64,000 nucleotides of DNA. Source: Candidatus Latescibacterota bacterium (GTDB lineage: Bacteria; Latescibacterota; UBA2968; GCA-2709665). The notes under the pieces were generated by a model that had not been told where the DNA came from, did no database searches, and saw only the letters and a list, made by a program, of their open reading frames with translations. A program made the position numbers and the translations under genes. Below are positions 1 to 9,165 of the stretch, piece by piece. Positions within the stretch are counted from its first letter, which is position 1; every line of letters starts with the position of its first letter. The stretch is taken from positions 2,112,001 through 2,176,000 of the forward strand of contig OZ244937.1 of NCBI GenBank assembly GCA_965222075.1, given 5' to 3'.

Positions 1-1539
1 GTTACCACACAGGACGGACTGGCCCACAACGTGGTAACATCCATCTTCCAGGACCGGGACGGGCATCTCTGGTTTGGCACGGATGGAGGGATCAGCCGGT
101 ATGACGGGCAGGTCTTCCAAACCCTGACCGACCAGGACGGCCTGCCGGGCAACTCGGTGTGGTCGGTCTTTCAGGACCGGGACGGGTACATCTGGATTGG
201 CACCGCCAATGGCGTGACGCGCTATCATCGCCCCACGCCGTCGCCTCCTTCGGTGGTCATCGACGGGGTGGTGGCCGATCAACGCTATGAAGGGACAACC
301 GCGCTTGAGATTCCCTCCAGTGTGGGACTGACCGCCTTTGAGTTTCACGGGGTCAGCTTTAAGACCCGCCCGGAGGCAGTAGTCTATCAATATCGGCTGG
401 AGGGGTATGAAGCAGACTGGAAGACGACAGATAGCGGCCGGACGGAATACCTGGACCTTCCGCCGGGCGATTATACCTTTCATGTGAGGGCCATAGATCG
501 GGATCTGAACTACTCCGATCCTGTGACTGTACGGTTAGCCGTTGTGCTGGACCCACAAATTCAGGCATTGACCGGGGCCCTGAGCGAGAGTGGGGCATTG
601 AGTGAGTTCGTGGGGAAGAGCGATGCGCTGCGCCGGGTGCAGACACACCTTTCGGAGATAGCCCAAACGGATGTGACAGTGTTGATTTTGGGAGAGACCG
701 GAACGGGCAAGGGGCTGGCTGCCCGGGCGGTACACGCACTGAGTAATCGAAAAATGAGGCCGTGTATACAGGTGAACTGTGGGGCGATTCCAGAAGGGTT
801 GGTGGAAAGCGAACTGTTCGGGCACGAAAAGGGGGCGTTTACGGGTGCTTACGCTCGCAAGCTGGGGAAGGTAGAGCTGGCGAAGGGAGGAACGCTATTC
901 TTAGATGAGATCGGGGATCTGGCCCATGAAACCCAGGTGAAGCTGTTGCAGCTTTTAGAGGAGCGGATCTTCTACCGGGTGGGGGGCACACTATCCCTGC
1001 AGGCCGAGGTACGCGTAATCACAGCGACCAACCGGAATCTGGCGCAAATGGTGGCGGAAGAGAGGTTCAGAGAGGACCTGTACTTCCGACTCCAGGCGTT
1101 TCCGGTGCGGATGCCGCCTTTGCGAGAACGCAGAGAGGATATTTTGCTGCTTGCCGCCTACTTTATGGAAAGAATGGCGATGCGTATGAACAAGAAGATT
1201 ACGCATTTGACGCTCGAGGCGCAGGCTATTCTGATGGCCTACAGTTGGCCGGGAAACGTGCGGGAGCTGGAGCACGCAGTACAGCGTGGAGTGATCCTGT
1301 GCAAGGGACCGACAATCGGTGTGGAGGAGATCGCGCTGGAGATTCAGAAGGATCCTGGGGGTCCGGCAGAGGAAGTTGTGACATTAGCGGAGCACGAACG
1401 ACAGTATATACGGGAGGTTTTGGAGAAGACCGCCTGGAGGATCAGGGGGCCTCACGGTGCAGCGGTGCTTTTAGGACTGCCCGAGTCCACGCTGCGCAGC
1501 CGGATGAAGAAACTGGGCATTGTGCGACCACAACAGTAG
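1..1539 (+). CDS. Sigma-54 enhancer-binding protein with N-terminal two-component-regulator beta-propeller and Y_Y_Y domains (5' partial)
   Basis: Propeller repeats ([12 protein letters not shown]), Y_Y_Y motif (YQYRLEGY...[15 protein letters not shown]), Walker [32 protein letters not shown]-terminal Fis-type HTH. The frame runs off the window start. Confidence 0.93.
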   Translation, partial: VTTQDGLAHNVVTSIFQDRDGHLWFGTDGGISRYDGQVFQTLTDQDGLPGNSVWSVFQDRDGYIWIGTANGVTRYHRPTPSPPSVVIDGVVADQRYEGTTALEIPSSVGLTAFEFHGVSFKTRPEAVVYQYRLEGYEADWKTTDSGRTEYLDLPPGDYTFHVRAIDRDLNYSDPVTVRLAVVLDPQIQALTGALSESGALSEFVGKSDALRRVQTHLSEIAQTDVTVLILGETGTGKGLAARAVHALSNRKMRPCIQVNCGAIPEGLVESELFGHEKGAFTGAYARKLGKVELAKGGTLFLDEIGDLAHETQVKLLQLLEERIFYRVGGTLSLQAEVRVITATNRNLAQMVAEERFREDLYFRLQAFPVRMPPLRERREDILLLAAYFMERMAMRMNKKITHLTLEAQAILMAYSWPGNVRELEHAVQRGVILCKGPTIGVEEIALEIQKDPGGPAEEVVTLAEHERQYIREVLEKTAWRIRGPHGAAVLLGLPESTLRSRMKKLGIVRPQQ

Positions 1540-1649
1540 CGCTATATATCACGCAATGCGCTATATATCACGCAGCATTCTTTTTTTATAATTAACTGTA
1601 AATAAATAAAATATAAAATTTATGGAGAAATTGTTAAGCGATATATCGC
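1539..1649. promoter_or_regulatory. Candidate upstream activator sequences for the sigma-54 activator
   Basis: GCGCTATATATCACGCA at 1539-1555 and 1558-1574 (exact repeat, near-palindromic). Perfect palindrome GCGATATATCGC at 1638-1649. AT-rich tract between them. Confidence 0.7.
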
Positions 1650-1771
1650 GCATTCGCAATACTGTTCAAAGACTCTAAACATAGATATAACCTGAAATAA
1701 TAAATAAAATTAGATATAAGACCGTTATAAACAGCCACCTGAAGCTATATGCGTCAGATGGCTGTTTTTCT

Positions 1772-1787
1772 TGGCACAGCTTTTGCT
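1772..1787 (+). promoter_or_regulatory. Sigma-54 (-24/-12) promoter
   Basis: TGGCACAGCTTTTGCT matches TGGCAC-N5-TTGCW with GG-N10-GC spacing, just upstream of the ATG at 1805. Confidence 0.85.
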
Positions 1788-1804
1788 GTATTCTGGAGGC
1801 TCCG

Positions 1805-2113
1805 ATGTTGCGCATCACAGTGGTATCACAGACGCCAGATGAGGTGGTGTTGAGGATGGAGGGCTGGGTGTCCGGAACGAATGTGGAGCTGCTGAAACAG
1901 GAAGTCACGCATTGGTTTCGGGAGGCCAAGTATGTGGTGCTGGACCTGACCAACATTCGGTTCATCGACGAAGCAGGCATCACGTTATTGCAGGGCTGGT
2001 CGAAGAAGCGTTTGCGCGGCGGATCGCTGTTTGTTCACACACTGTTGGAGGCGCGGCGGATCGCTGTTTGTTCACACACTGTTGGAGGCCCACGGGTTGG
2101 CTTAGGGAAATAA
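1805..2113 (+). CDS. STAS-domain (anti-anti-sigma-like) protein with a frameshifted C-terminus
   Basis: LRMEGWV...VVLDLTNIRFIDEAGITLL STAS motif. A 37-bp tandem duplication alters the C-terminus. Confidence 0.75.
   Translation: MLRITVVSQTPDEVVLRMEGWVSGTNVELLKQEVTHWFREAKYVVLDLTNIRFIDEAGITLLQGWSKKRLRGGSLFVHTLLEARRIAVCSHTVGGPRVGLGK
2014..2087 (+). repeat. 37-bp perfect tandem duplication
   Basis: gcgcggcggatcgctgtttgttcacacactgttggag at 2014-2050 and 2051-2087. Confidence 0.95.
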
Positions 2114-2269
2114 AGACGAGGAATATAACCTGTCAGACGGGTGTATTATTGCGTATAGATAAGGGGGAATGCTTAAAAGATGAATGATTTCGGGTGGCTG
2201 TCGGATGTCTTTGCGTGAACGTCATGCGCTTGAAGCTAAGTCGCTGGAGTTAAAGGAGGAGACCTGAAC

Positions 2270-5200
2270 ATGAGATCGACCAAGACTCTATATATGCTCA
2301 CCGGGATTCTGACTCTCGTGTTGGCCCTGCCCCTGTCGGGCGCCTTTGCGGGCTCAACAGGTAAGATTTCCGGGCGGATCACCGATGCCCAGGGGGCGCC
2401 CCTGCCGGGGTCCAGCGTGGTCATCGAAGGCACTCAGCGGGGCGCCATCACCGACGCGGACGGCTTTTACGTGATCGTGGCGGTAGACCCGGGATCCTAC
2501 GATTTGACCGCGTCGTTGGTTGGGTTTGCGAATGTGACGAAACGGAATGTGAACGTCACGGTCGATTACACGACGACGCTGAGTTTCACGCTGAAGGAGC
2601 AGGCGATTGAGGCGGCCGAGATCGTGGTGACCGCGGAGCGCTCGCCGGTGGAGGCGGACAAGACGTCGACCCGGTACGTGCTGTCGGTCGAGGATATCGA
2701 GCAGGCGCCGATTGTCAAGACCACGGGCGAGTTTATCTCCCTGCAGCCGGGTGTAGACCAGGCCGGCACGTTCTCAATTCGCGGATCGAAGATCACAAGA
2801 GGCACCGACCCGCAGATTGCCGGAGGGCATAATTCTTATGCGGGCAACGATGTCTACGTGATGATCGATGGGGTGCGCATTTCCAACAATGATGGGAACA
2901 GCGCGCTCCTGTTTACCGGCGTCAATAAAAGCGCGATCCAGCAAATCTCTGTGGAAACGGGTGTGACACCTGCCGAGTATGGGGACGCGCAGGGGGGCAC
3001 GATCAACATTGTGATGAAGGATGGGGGGAAGGCGTTCCACGGGTGGACGGAGGTCAACTTAGAGCCTGCGGGAAAGAAACACTGGGGGGCGAACGCGTAC
3101 GACGCCCCGCTGCATCGGGACCACATGAAGTGGGACGATCCGGAGTGGTTGAAGGAAACGGACCCGCAGACGGGCCGGATCATCCACGTGCGGGAGGACT
3201 ACACGAGCTACCAGGGGGTGAGGCTGGAGGGCAGCCTGTCCGGTCCGGTCGGGCCGAAGGCATCATTTATCGTCTCGGCCAAGCACGACCGCCGCGCCAC
3301 GACCTATCCGTCGGCGACGAGCCACGGGTTCTACAACGATCGGGGGCAGTATATCAACGCGCCGAACAACTTTCAGGGGTCGGCCAGCCTGACCGTTAAG
3401 CCGACAGGCGGCATAAAAGTGAAGACGGGGCTGATCCTGCAGCGCTACACGGCGTTTAACAACGAGTACAACCACGCGCGCCAGGCGGATGAGGGTTTCA
3501 TCCGCGGGCTGCTGCGAAGAAACGGCCGAAATATCTTTCTGCCGAGCGATTGGGCGTCGTCAGGCAAGTACCGCCACCAGGAAAACCTGGCGTACGTAAC
3601 ATTCACGCATACGATCTCGTCCAAAACGTTTTACGAGGTACGCCTTGCGCGCAGCCAGACCGTGAACGATACCATGGATACCCATCCCTGGTCGGAGAAT
3701 CCGCGCAATGACAGGGCCGGGTGGTTCTATATCGACCGGGAGGTCGCGTCCTGGGTGGATACGGACCGCAAGCGGTACAGCATCAAGGCCGACCTGTCCA
3801 GCCAACTCACCAGGGGAAACTTTGTGAAGACCGGCTTTGAGATCATCCGCTACAATACCTATTACACCTTCTGGTCATCGGGTTCCAAGACGGCGAACCG
3901 CTTCACGATGTCCGCCGGCGGCGATACGCCGTGGATCATGGACACGCCGGCCAAGCCGATCAGGGGGGCCTTCTACGTGCAGGACAAGATGGAGTTTGAA
4001 GGGTTGATTTTAAACGTGGGCGTGCGTATGGACTTCAACAAGCACACCCACAGGGAACTCATGTTCTCGGGGATGCAAACGGCGCCCATGTGGCGGTTCT
4101 ACACGGACCGGCACTATGCCTACGGCGTGGGCACGGGTGAGGGGGTGAACGTGACAGGCGACATGGCGCGGACGCCGACGACGCAGTTTTACATCAGTCC
4201 GAGGTTGGGCATCTCGCACCCGGTCACGGACCGGATGACGATGCACTTCTCGCTGGGGAGGTTCATCCAGTGGCTCTCCATCTACGACAGCTATGCCAAG
4301 TCCTACCGGAATGCCGGTAAGGTCGGTCCGGACGGGGACCCGTCGTGGAAGGACGTGAACGGCAACGGGGTGAAGGACCCGGCCGAGGCGCTCAACGTCA
4401 TGCAGCACCCCAAAAAGGGGACCGCGGGAGATCCCTGGGCCCATCCGGAGCAGACGCTGACGTTTGAGGTGGGCGGAGACTGGAACTTCGTCTCCGACTA
4501 TACCGCGTCGCTGGCGATCTGGTATCGCAGCGAGACGGACCAGATCGTCCGCGAGGCGAACAGGTGGGAGGGCCCGAAGTCGTCAACGACGCTTCGAGGC
4601 CAGGGGAACGGGCGAGGGGGCTACGTTAAGGGCCTTGATATAGCGGTGCGGAAGCGCCTGAGCAGCTACTTCTCGTTCCGCCTGGCCTGGACGTCAAGCT
4701 GGTCCGCGTACGGCGACATGGGCCTCACCCAGTACAGGGCGCGGATGCACCCGGACTCCGCCTTTGTGGTCAGCCCGGAATTCTGGTATAAGTTCAAACC
4801 TATGCCGGACGGGTCCCAGGTGGCGGTTGCGCTGACCGAGGCGGAGAAGAAAGAGTTCGGCAGGCAGGCGGAGAACACTGTGCGGGGAAGCCAGCGGAAT
4901 TTCGAGGATGTTGCCCGCACCCACTACGGCAAAATCCCGGAGTTCGCCGACAAGGCGGTCTACATGAAATACATGTCGCTGGGTGGGTTTAACCGCGGCC
5001 CCCTGGCACCATTGGGAGAGGAGAGAGTCGGCGGGCGTTTGGGCCAGGCGAACGCGCAGTTCGTGCTGCACACGCCGCCGGACATCCGGTTCGGTCCCAG
5101 GTGGATGAGCTGGCTTGCCAGCGATCTGAATGCGAACCTGCTCTGGCGGCTTCGCACCGGAATCCGGTTCAAATGGACGCCGCCGGGAAGAGGCGATGCG

Positions 5201-5476
5201 CTGATTACTCGGGGCCCGGTCGAGACGGTGACGGACCTGGGCGTGGAGAAGGTCTTCAACTCGAAGGGTCGCGTGCGCCCGTCGTTCTTCGTCGAGGTCC
5301 GCAATCTCTTCGACCAGAAGACGGACATTACCAATCCCGGGGCGAAGTACATGCAGTGGGGCCAGCTGATGCCCGACCCGGACAATAAGGACTTTGTGAC
5401 CTACGGGGACATGGGAGACCGCGATTATGCCCACGCGCCCAGACAGACGAACCTGGGTATCCGCATCGTCTTTTGA
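2270..5476 (+). CDS. TonB-dependent outer-membrane receptor with N-terminal carboxypeptidase-regulatory-like domain
   Basis: RBS AGGAGG, signal peptide, GKISGRITD...PLPG, plug motif AEYGDAQGGTINIV, YVQDKMEF...NVGVRMD, C-terminal beta-strand ending in F. Confidence 0.93.
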   Translation: MRSTKTLYMLTGILTLVLALPLSGAFAGSTGKISGRITDAQGAPLPGSSVVIEGTQRGAITDADGFYVIVAVDPGSYDLTASLVGFANVTKRNVNVTVDYTTTLSFTLKEQAIEAAEIVVTAERSPVEADKTSTRYVLSVEDIEQAPIVKTTGEFISLQPGVDQAGTFSIRGSKITRGTDPQIAGGHNSYAGNDVYVMIDGVRISNNDGNSALLFTGVNKSAIQQISVETGVTPAEYGDAQGGTINIVMKDGGKAFHGWTEVNLEPAGKKHWGANAYDAPLHRDHMKWDDPEWLKETDPQTGRIIHVREDYTSYQGVRLEGSLSGPVGPKASFIVSAKHDRRATTYPSATSHGFYNDRGQYINAPNNFQGSASLTVKPTGGIKVKTGLILQRYTAFNNEYNHARQADEGFIRGLLRRNGRNIFLPSDWASSGKYRHQENLAYVTFTHTISSKTFYEVRLARSQTVNDTMDTHPWSENPRNDRAGWFYIDREVASWVDTDRKRYSIKADLSSQLTRGNFVKTGFEIIRYNTYYTFWSSGSKTANRFTMSAGGDTPWIMDTPAKPIRGAFYVQDKMEFEGLILNVGVRMDFNKHTHRELMFSGMQTAPMWRFYTDRHYAYGVGTGEGVNVTGDMARTPTTQFYISPRLGISHPVTDRMTMHFSLGRFIQWLSIYDSYAKSYRNAGKVGPDGDPSWKDVNGNGVKDPAEALNVMQHPKKGTAGDPWAHPEQTLTFEVGGDWNFVSDYTASLAIWYRSETDQIVREANRWEGPKSSTTLRGQGNGRGGYVKGLDIAVRKRLSSYFSFRLAWTSSWSAYGDMGLTQYRARMHPDSAFVVSPEFWYKFKPMPDGSQVAVALTEAEKKEFGRQAENTVRGSQRNFEDVARTHYGKIPEFADKAVYMKYMSLGGFNRGPLAPLGEERVGGRLGQANAQFVLHTPPDIRFGPRWMSWLASDLNANLLWRLRTGIRFKWTPPGRGDALITRGPVETVTDLGVEKVFNSKGRVRPSFFVEVRNLFDQKTDITNPGAKYMQWGQLMPDPDNKDFVTYGDMGDRDYAHAPRQTNLGIRIVF

Positions 5477-5482
5477 CAGATG

Positions 5483-5514
5483 CAGGGGGCGCGGTTCGCA
5501 GGCCGCGCCCCCTG
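5483..5514 (+). terminator. Intercistronic GC hairpin (terminator or mRNA stabiliser)
   Basis: CAGGGGGCGCGG / CCGCGCCCCCTG 12-bp stem directly after the receptor stop codon. Confidence 0.6.
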
Positions 5515-5558
5515 TTGGCTTTGTATGCCAAATGGGACACAGAAGGAGGGTTACCTTT

Positions 5559-7961
5559 ATGCACTTGCGTATGTTGAGACTTTCGCTTGTTCCGCTTGGA
5601 GCGGTGCTGTTTCTGCTCTTTGCAGCATCCGGCCCTCGGGCGCAGTTGGCAGGAGGGGAGGGGGACGCCGAGGCGATACGGCTCAACCGTCCGCTCCTGT
5701 CGCCCCTGATAACCGCGGTGGGCACCCACGACCACTTTTTCCTTGCTGGCTACGGCACCAGCGCCGGGCTGGGTTACCCCCGCCATAATGCGGGGGGCGG
5801 CGCCTACGGCGACAACCGGTTGGGCAGCATAGGGGTATCCGGCAACAGGGATGCCTCCTTTACGGCCGTGCGCAACGGCCACGGGGTCTGGACACTGACG
5901 TCGGACACCCGCGTGGTCTACACCGGCATCCGGATCGGCATGCAGGAGCTGAACATTCGGGCAATGCAGTACGACGTGAGCGCCGATCCGGACCTGTCAA
6001 AGCTGGGCAAGGAGTTCCACCTCCACCGCCGGCCTACGGTGAAGATGGGCAACGGACGGGGGAATCCCGCCGGGGTATCGGAGACAAGCCTGGGCGGGAA
6101 CTGGTGGCCGGGGTCCGATCTGATCGAGGTGGGACGGACACTGGCGCGCAATGACCTGCCGCCGGTCAACATCCTGAACCTGAACCTCTCCGCCTATCCG
6201 GATGACGACACCTGGGCCGAGCAGATCATCATCACAAAGTGGACGACTTCTCAGGGGCTGACCATCACGGAGCGGGTGTCCGGATGGAGCCACCCCGACT
6301 TCGACGAGTTCTTCATCGACGAGTACGTGATCGAAAACACGGGCGATACGGATGGGGACGGGGAGCGGGACCTGCCGGCGGTCGCCCAGAACGACCTCTT
6401 CATCGGGTTTGAGGACCGGTTCAAGACCAACGCGGCCGGATCCGCGCCGTACCGCACGGCAGGGGGAGGCTACGCCTCCTGGCGGCGGGAAGAGCAAGTC
6501 ACCCTGGACGACTGGTACGCCTACGACGAGAAGCTCAAACTGCTGTATAACTGGGATGGCGACCATCCCCTCTATATCGACTGGGATGATACGGGCGATC
6601 CCTACAGAGACGCCTTTGCGGAAGGGACGGAGGTCGCCGGCGCCAAGATCGGCCAGCCCGAGGGCCACTTGATGTCCCCCGGGCATCACGGAGTGGCCGT
6701 GATCGCTTACACGGACGATTCTACGAGTCCCTACGCGTACAATGCGCGGGACATAGGCCAGGGCTACGTCGTGCCCGAAGGCGATCAGCCCTACGCCGTG
6801 CGAATGTGGGAGTCCTTCGGTCCTCAGGTGCAGAGCGACCCGAACACCACCACGATGACGGAATTAGACATGTACTCCGAGGTGCTTTCGGGCCGCCAGA
6901 TCGATCCGAACCCGGACCATGTAAGCGGCCAGATCTCCATGCTGGTCTTCGGGCCGTACGACCTGCCCGCCGACGGAAAGACGAAGATCGTGCTGGCCTA
7001 TGTGTCCGGACAGCCCGGCCAGATGCTGGGGAACATCGGCCCGATCGAGTGGGCGGTCAAAGGGAATCAGAACGAACTGCCCAAGGGCCACGACGCGCAG
7101 AAGCAGAATTTGGAGGCCGCACAGTTTGCTTACGATAACGCCTTCGACCTCCCGGACGCGCCGCCCGATGTGAATTTCCGGACGGGCAGCAGCGCCACGG
7201 CGACCATGACGGTGGACTGGCCGGACGTGATCGAGAATGCGGCACACCCGGACTACGGGTCTGCGGATATTGCGGGCTACCGGGTCTATCGCACCTCCTG
7301 GTTCGACATCGGCCCCTACGAGTTGGTTGCGGATATCCCCGCGGGGACGACAAGCTTAGAGACGCCCGCATACAGGGTGACGCGCGAGGGCGGGCTGTAC
7401 AAGGTCACGGACCTGCGCTCGGCGGCCGGATTCTTTTATCACTACAGCGTGCGCGCCTACGCAAAGCCCCACGCGGACTGGACCCCGGGGAGCAGCGATC
7501 CGGCGGTGCACCCGCTTTCGATGGCAGACCTGCCGGGCCACATCACCAGCCACGTGCAGGTGGGCCAGGAGGGGGGCTGGTCCGCGTCTACGCAGCGGAT
7601 TTATGCGGTCGAATCGCCCTTCTCGGTGCCGGCGCCGGAGACGGAGTCCCTCAGCGAAAAGATCCGGGTGGTGCCCAACCCCTACTTTGCGGTCGAACAG
7701 GGGCGATTCTACCCCGGCTCCACGAAACTCCGATTTGTGGGTATCCCATCACACTGCAGAATCCGCATCTTCTCGGCATCCGGAGACATGGTCTCCGATT
7801 ATACCCACAACAATCCGACCAAGGGGGAGTCCGACTACATCCAGGAGACGTGGAACCTGAGCGGGTCGATCGCTTCGGGGGTCTACTTCTGGGTGGTGGA
7901 GAATCTGATCGACGGTCATAAGGGGAAGATTCAGAAGGGCCACCTCGTGGTTATCCGATAA
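5559..7961 (+). CDS. Secreted protein with FN3-like region and T9SS/FlgD-like C-terminal sorting domain
   Basis: ATG 5559 with AGGAGG, signal peptide, C-terminus IRVVPNPY...IRIFSASGDMV...WNL...IASGVYFWVVE...GHLVVIR. Confidence 0.75.
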   Translation: MHLRMLRLSLVPLGAVLFLLFAASGPRAQLAGGEGDAEAIRLNRPLLSPLITAVGTHDHFFLAGYGTSAGLGYPRHNAGGGAYGDNRLGSIGVSGNRDASFTAVRNGHGVWTLTSDTRVVYTGIRIGMQELNIRAMQYDVSADPDLSKLGKEFHLHRRPTVKMGNGRGNPAGVSETSLGGNWWPGSDLIEVGRTLARNDLPPVNILNLNLSAYPDDDTWAEQIIITKWTTSQGLTITERVSGWSHPDFDEFFIDEYVIENTGDTDGDGERDLPAVAQNDLFIGFEDRFKTNAAGSAPYRTAGGGYASWRREEQVTLDDWYAYDEKLKLLYNWDGDHPLYIDWDDTGDPYRDAFAEGTEVAGAKIGQPEGHLMSPGHHGVAVIAYTDDSTSPYAYNARDIGQGYVVPEGDQPYAVRMWESFGPQVQSDPNTTTMTELDMYSEVLSGRQIDPNPDHVSGQISMLVFGPYDLPADGKTKIVLAYVSGQPGQMLGNIGPIEWAVKGNQNELPKGHDAQKQNLEAAQFAYDNAFDLPDAPPDVNFRTGSSATATMTVDWPDVIENAAHPDYGSADIAGYRVYRTSWFDIGPYELVADIPAGTTSLETPAYRVTREGGLYKVTDLRSAAGFFYHYSVRAYAKPHADWTPGSSDPAVHPLSMADLPGHITSHVQVGQEGGWSASTQRIYAVESPFSVPAPETESLSEKIRVVPNPYFAVEQGRFYPGSTKLRFVGIPSHCRIRIFSASGDMVSDYTHNNPTKGESDYIQETWNLSGSIASGVYFWVVENLIDGHKGKIQKGHLVVIR

Positions 7962-7982
7962 TGCGAAGAAAGGGGTAAGACC

Positions 7983-8969
7983 GTGAAACAGCTTAGATTC
8001 ACGATACTGCTCGCCGCGATGGGGGTGCTCCTGTTTGCGCCTCCCGGCGACGCGGTTATCAAGGATGAAGTCGAGCGGCTCTTTGGCACACAAAAGTGGC
8101 TCGGCCTGGCCGGGTTTCAGTTCCTCAAGATCGGGCAGGGTGCCCGGCCCGTGGCCATGGGCGATGCCTATACGGCCGTGGCGGACGATATCAACGCGAT
8201 CTTCTGGAATCCGGCGGGGCTGACGGCCATCCGGGGCACGGCCTGGACGGCCTCCTACACGAAGTGGCTGGTGGACTCCCACCTCTACTCCGCGGCGGTG
8301 GCCTGGAACACGGGCACGGCCAGGGGCGGGGTGCTGGGCGGCAGCGTGGTGGCCTTGAGGTTCCCGCATATCGAGGAAACAACGACCTTCCAGCCGCAAG
8401 GTACGGGTGCCGGTGTGTCCACCGGGGATGTGGCCATCGGCGTGGTCTACGCGCTGAAGCTGACGGACAAATTTTCGTTCGCCTCCCGGGTGTCGTGGGT
8501 CAGCCAGACCCTCCATACCGAAAGCGTCAGCACCATCAGTGTGGACGTGGGCACGCTCTTCTATACGGGCTTTAAGAGCCTGCGTCTGGCCATGGCGCTG
8601 AAGAACTACGGCCCGGACAAGAAGATTGTGGAGAACAAATTCTTCATGCCCCTTTATTACCACGTAGCTGCGGCAGGGGAGATCTACGGGGAGAAGGGAG
8701 ACCCCGCTTATCTAACCGTGTCGGGGGAATCCGCGTTTGCGGCGGACTACGAGTTGCGCGCCCACCTGGGAGCCGAGATGTGGTTTCAGAACATGGTTGC
8801 CCTGCGGGCAGGCTATAAGTTCAACTACGACACGGATACCTACAGTGCAGGGGCAGGCCTGAAGTACGAAATCGCCGGTGACCGGGCAGTGACGGTGGAC
8901 CTCTCCTACACGGATATGGGCAAGTACTTCGACGGCCCCATACGGGTGACGGTTGGGGGGATGTTTTAG
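7983..8969 (+). CDS. PorV/PorQ-family (UPF0164) outer-membrane protein
   Basis: FLKIGQGARPVAMGDAYTAVADDINAIFWNPAGL signature, terminal F. Confidence 0.88.
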   Translation: MKQLRFTILLAAMGVLLFAPPGDAVIKDEVERLFGTQKWLGLAGFQFLKIGQGARPVAMGDAYTAVADDINAIFWNPAGLTAIRGTAWTASYTKWLVDSHLYSAAVAWNTGTARGGVLGGSVVALRFPHIEETTTFQPQGTGAGVSTGDVAIGVVYALKLTDKFSFASRVSWVSQTLHTESVSTISVDVGTLFYTGFKSLRLAMALKNYGPDKKIVENKFFMPLYYHVAAAGEIYGEKGDPAYLTVSGESAFAADYELRAHLGAEMWFQNMVALRAGYKFNYDTDTYSAGAGLKYEIAGDRAVTVDLSYTDMGKYFDGPIRVTVGGMF

Positions 8970-9044
8970 GGAAAAGGACGGCGTTAGAGAGGGGATGGAG
9001 ACCGGAACCGATCTCCTGGACTTGAGCCTGCCGTTGGGCAGATT

Positions 9045-9089
9045 TGCACCCCCGTCTTTTTGACTTTGGATGGGGGTGCACCTGTTTTG
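9045..9089 (+). terminator. Probable rho-independent terminator
   Basis: TGCACCCCCGTC / GATGGGGGTGCA stem followed by a T-rich tail. Confidence 0.55.
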
Positions 9090-9165
9090 TTAAGGCGCCG
9101 GATAAGACCTGTCCATAACTTTGTTTCCAACATGCCCGACGACGTGCGCCACTTCAGGAGGTTCC

